Of a stretch of DNA of 64,000 nt, positions 63,581 to 64,000 are shown piece by piece. The notes beneath the pieces were generated by a model. The model was not told the DNA's origin. It did not search any database and worked only from the letters and a program-made list of their open reading frames with translations. Source of the stretch: Takakia lepidozioides (lineage: Eukaryota; Plantae; Bryophyta). The DNA lies in the NCBI GenBank assembly GCA_030704615.1, contig CM060733.1:16926001-16990000 (forward strand), written 5' to 3'. Each line of letters begins with the position of its first letter. Within the stretch, counting starts at the first letter, position 1. The position numbers and the translations under genes are program-made.

Positions 63581-64000
63581 TCCATAGAATCAGTGACAGG
63601 TGGACGCACAATAACTTCAGGAAAATGGCTGACAGAAGAAAAGACGGAAACCAGTTTAAAAATAGACACGTGGAAGTCAGGGCGCGACACACAGCTGAGA
63701 AGGAAGTGCAAGAACAGGTGTCATCAAGAAAGAGGACAAGAATGGCCGTCAAAATACCTAATGAGCGTGTCAAATTGGATGAAAGGCGGGCCCATTAATG
63801 AATACGGAAAAAGGGGAACGGAACAAACGGCAAGTACAGAAAAGCGAAGATCTTGTCACATGTGTGATCCTAGTGGACTATCCAGCAGGGAAAGTCCACT
63901 AAAGAAAATGAAATCTAAAATCCAGTCACAGCGGTTACAGCCAATAGAAAGCCAGAGAAAGGATCAAGAGATTGGAGGGAAATTAAGCGCAAGAGGCGCC

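Larger units (their letters stand above)
56073..64000 (+). mobile_element. Degenerate non-chromovirus Ty3/gypsy LTR retrotransposon, running off the window; termini not resolved
   Basis: PR-RT-RH-IN order. TGTTAG at 56073 is only a candidate LTR start; no second LTR in the window. Confidence 0.7.

Overview
Eukaryotic, intron-containing land-plant nuclear DNA. A bryophyte or other seed-free lineage with an expanded C-to-U editing-factor family is likely (inferred from PPR motif style, not tested). 0.2-17.3 kb holds four PLS-class PPR genes: three end in intact E1-E2-DYW deaminase domains and one has a decayed DYW tail. Manual exon reconstruction shows that the three minus-strand genes share upstream exons. 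In gene 1 these encode a complete OSB-type 'PDF' single-stranded-DNA-binding motif spliced in frame onto the PLS-DYW editor; genes 2 and 4 carry decayed versions. 18.7-30.0 kb is the multi-exon stromal processing peptidase gene, with a GC-AG intron and a young (TC)n-associated LINE inserted right behind a splice donor. 37.4-44.4 kb holds two tandem Ran GTPase genes, followed by a non-autonomous PIF/Harbinger element (45.2-46.9 kb). 48.3-56 kb is a decayed transposon-type cargo region (zinc-finger-like N-terminus, acidic 45-bp repeats, Ulp1/C48 protease) densely covered with a GGGT[T/G]ACAC motif. It lies head-to-head with a degenerate Ty3/gypsy gag-pol (56.5-63.4 kb) that has an extra intact 5' ORF and shares the same repeat motifs. 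All exon models come from manual reading, without RNA or database evidence.
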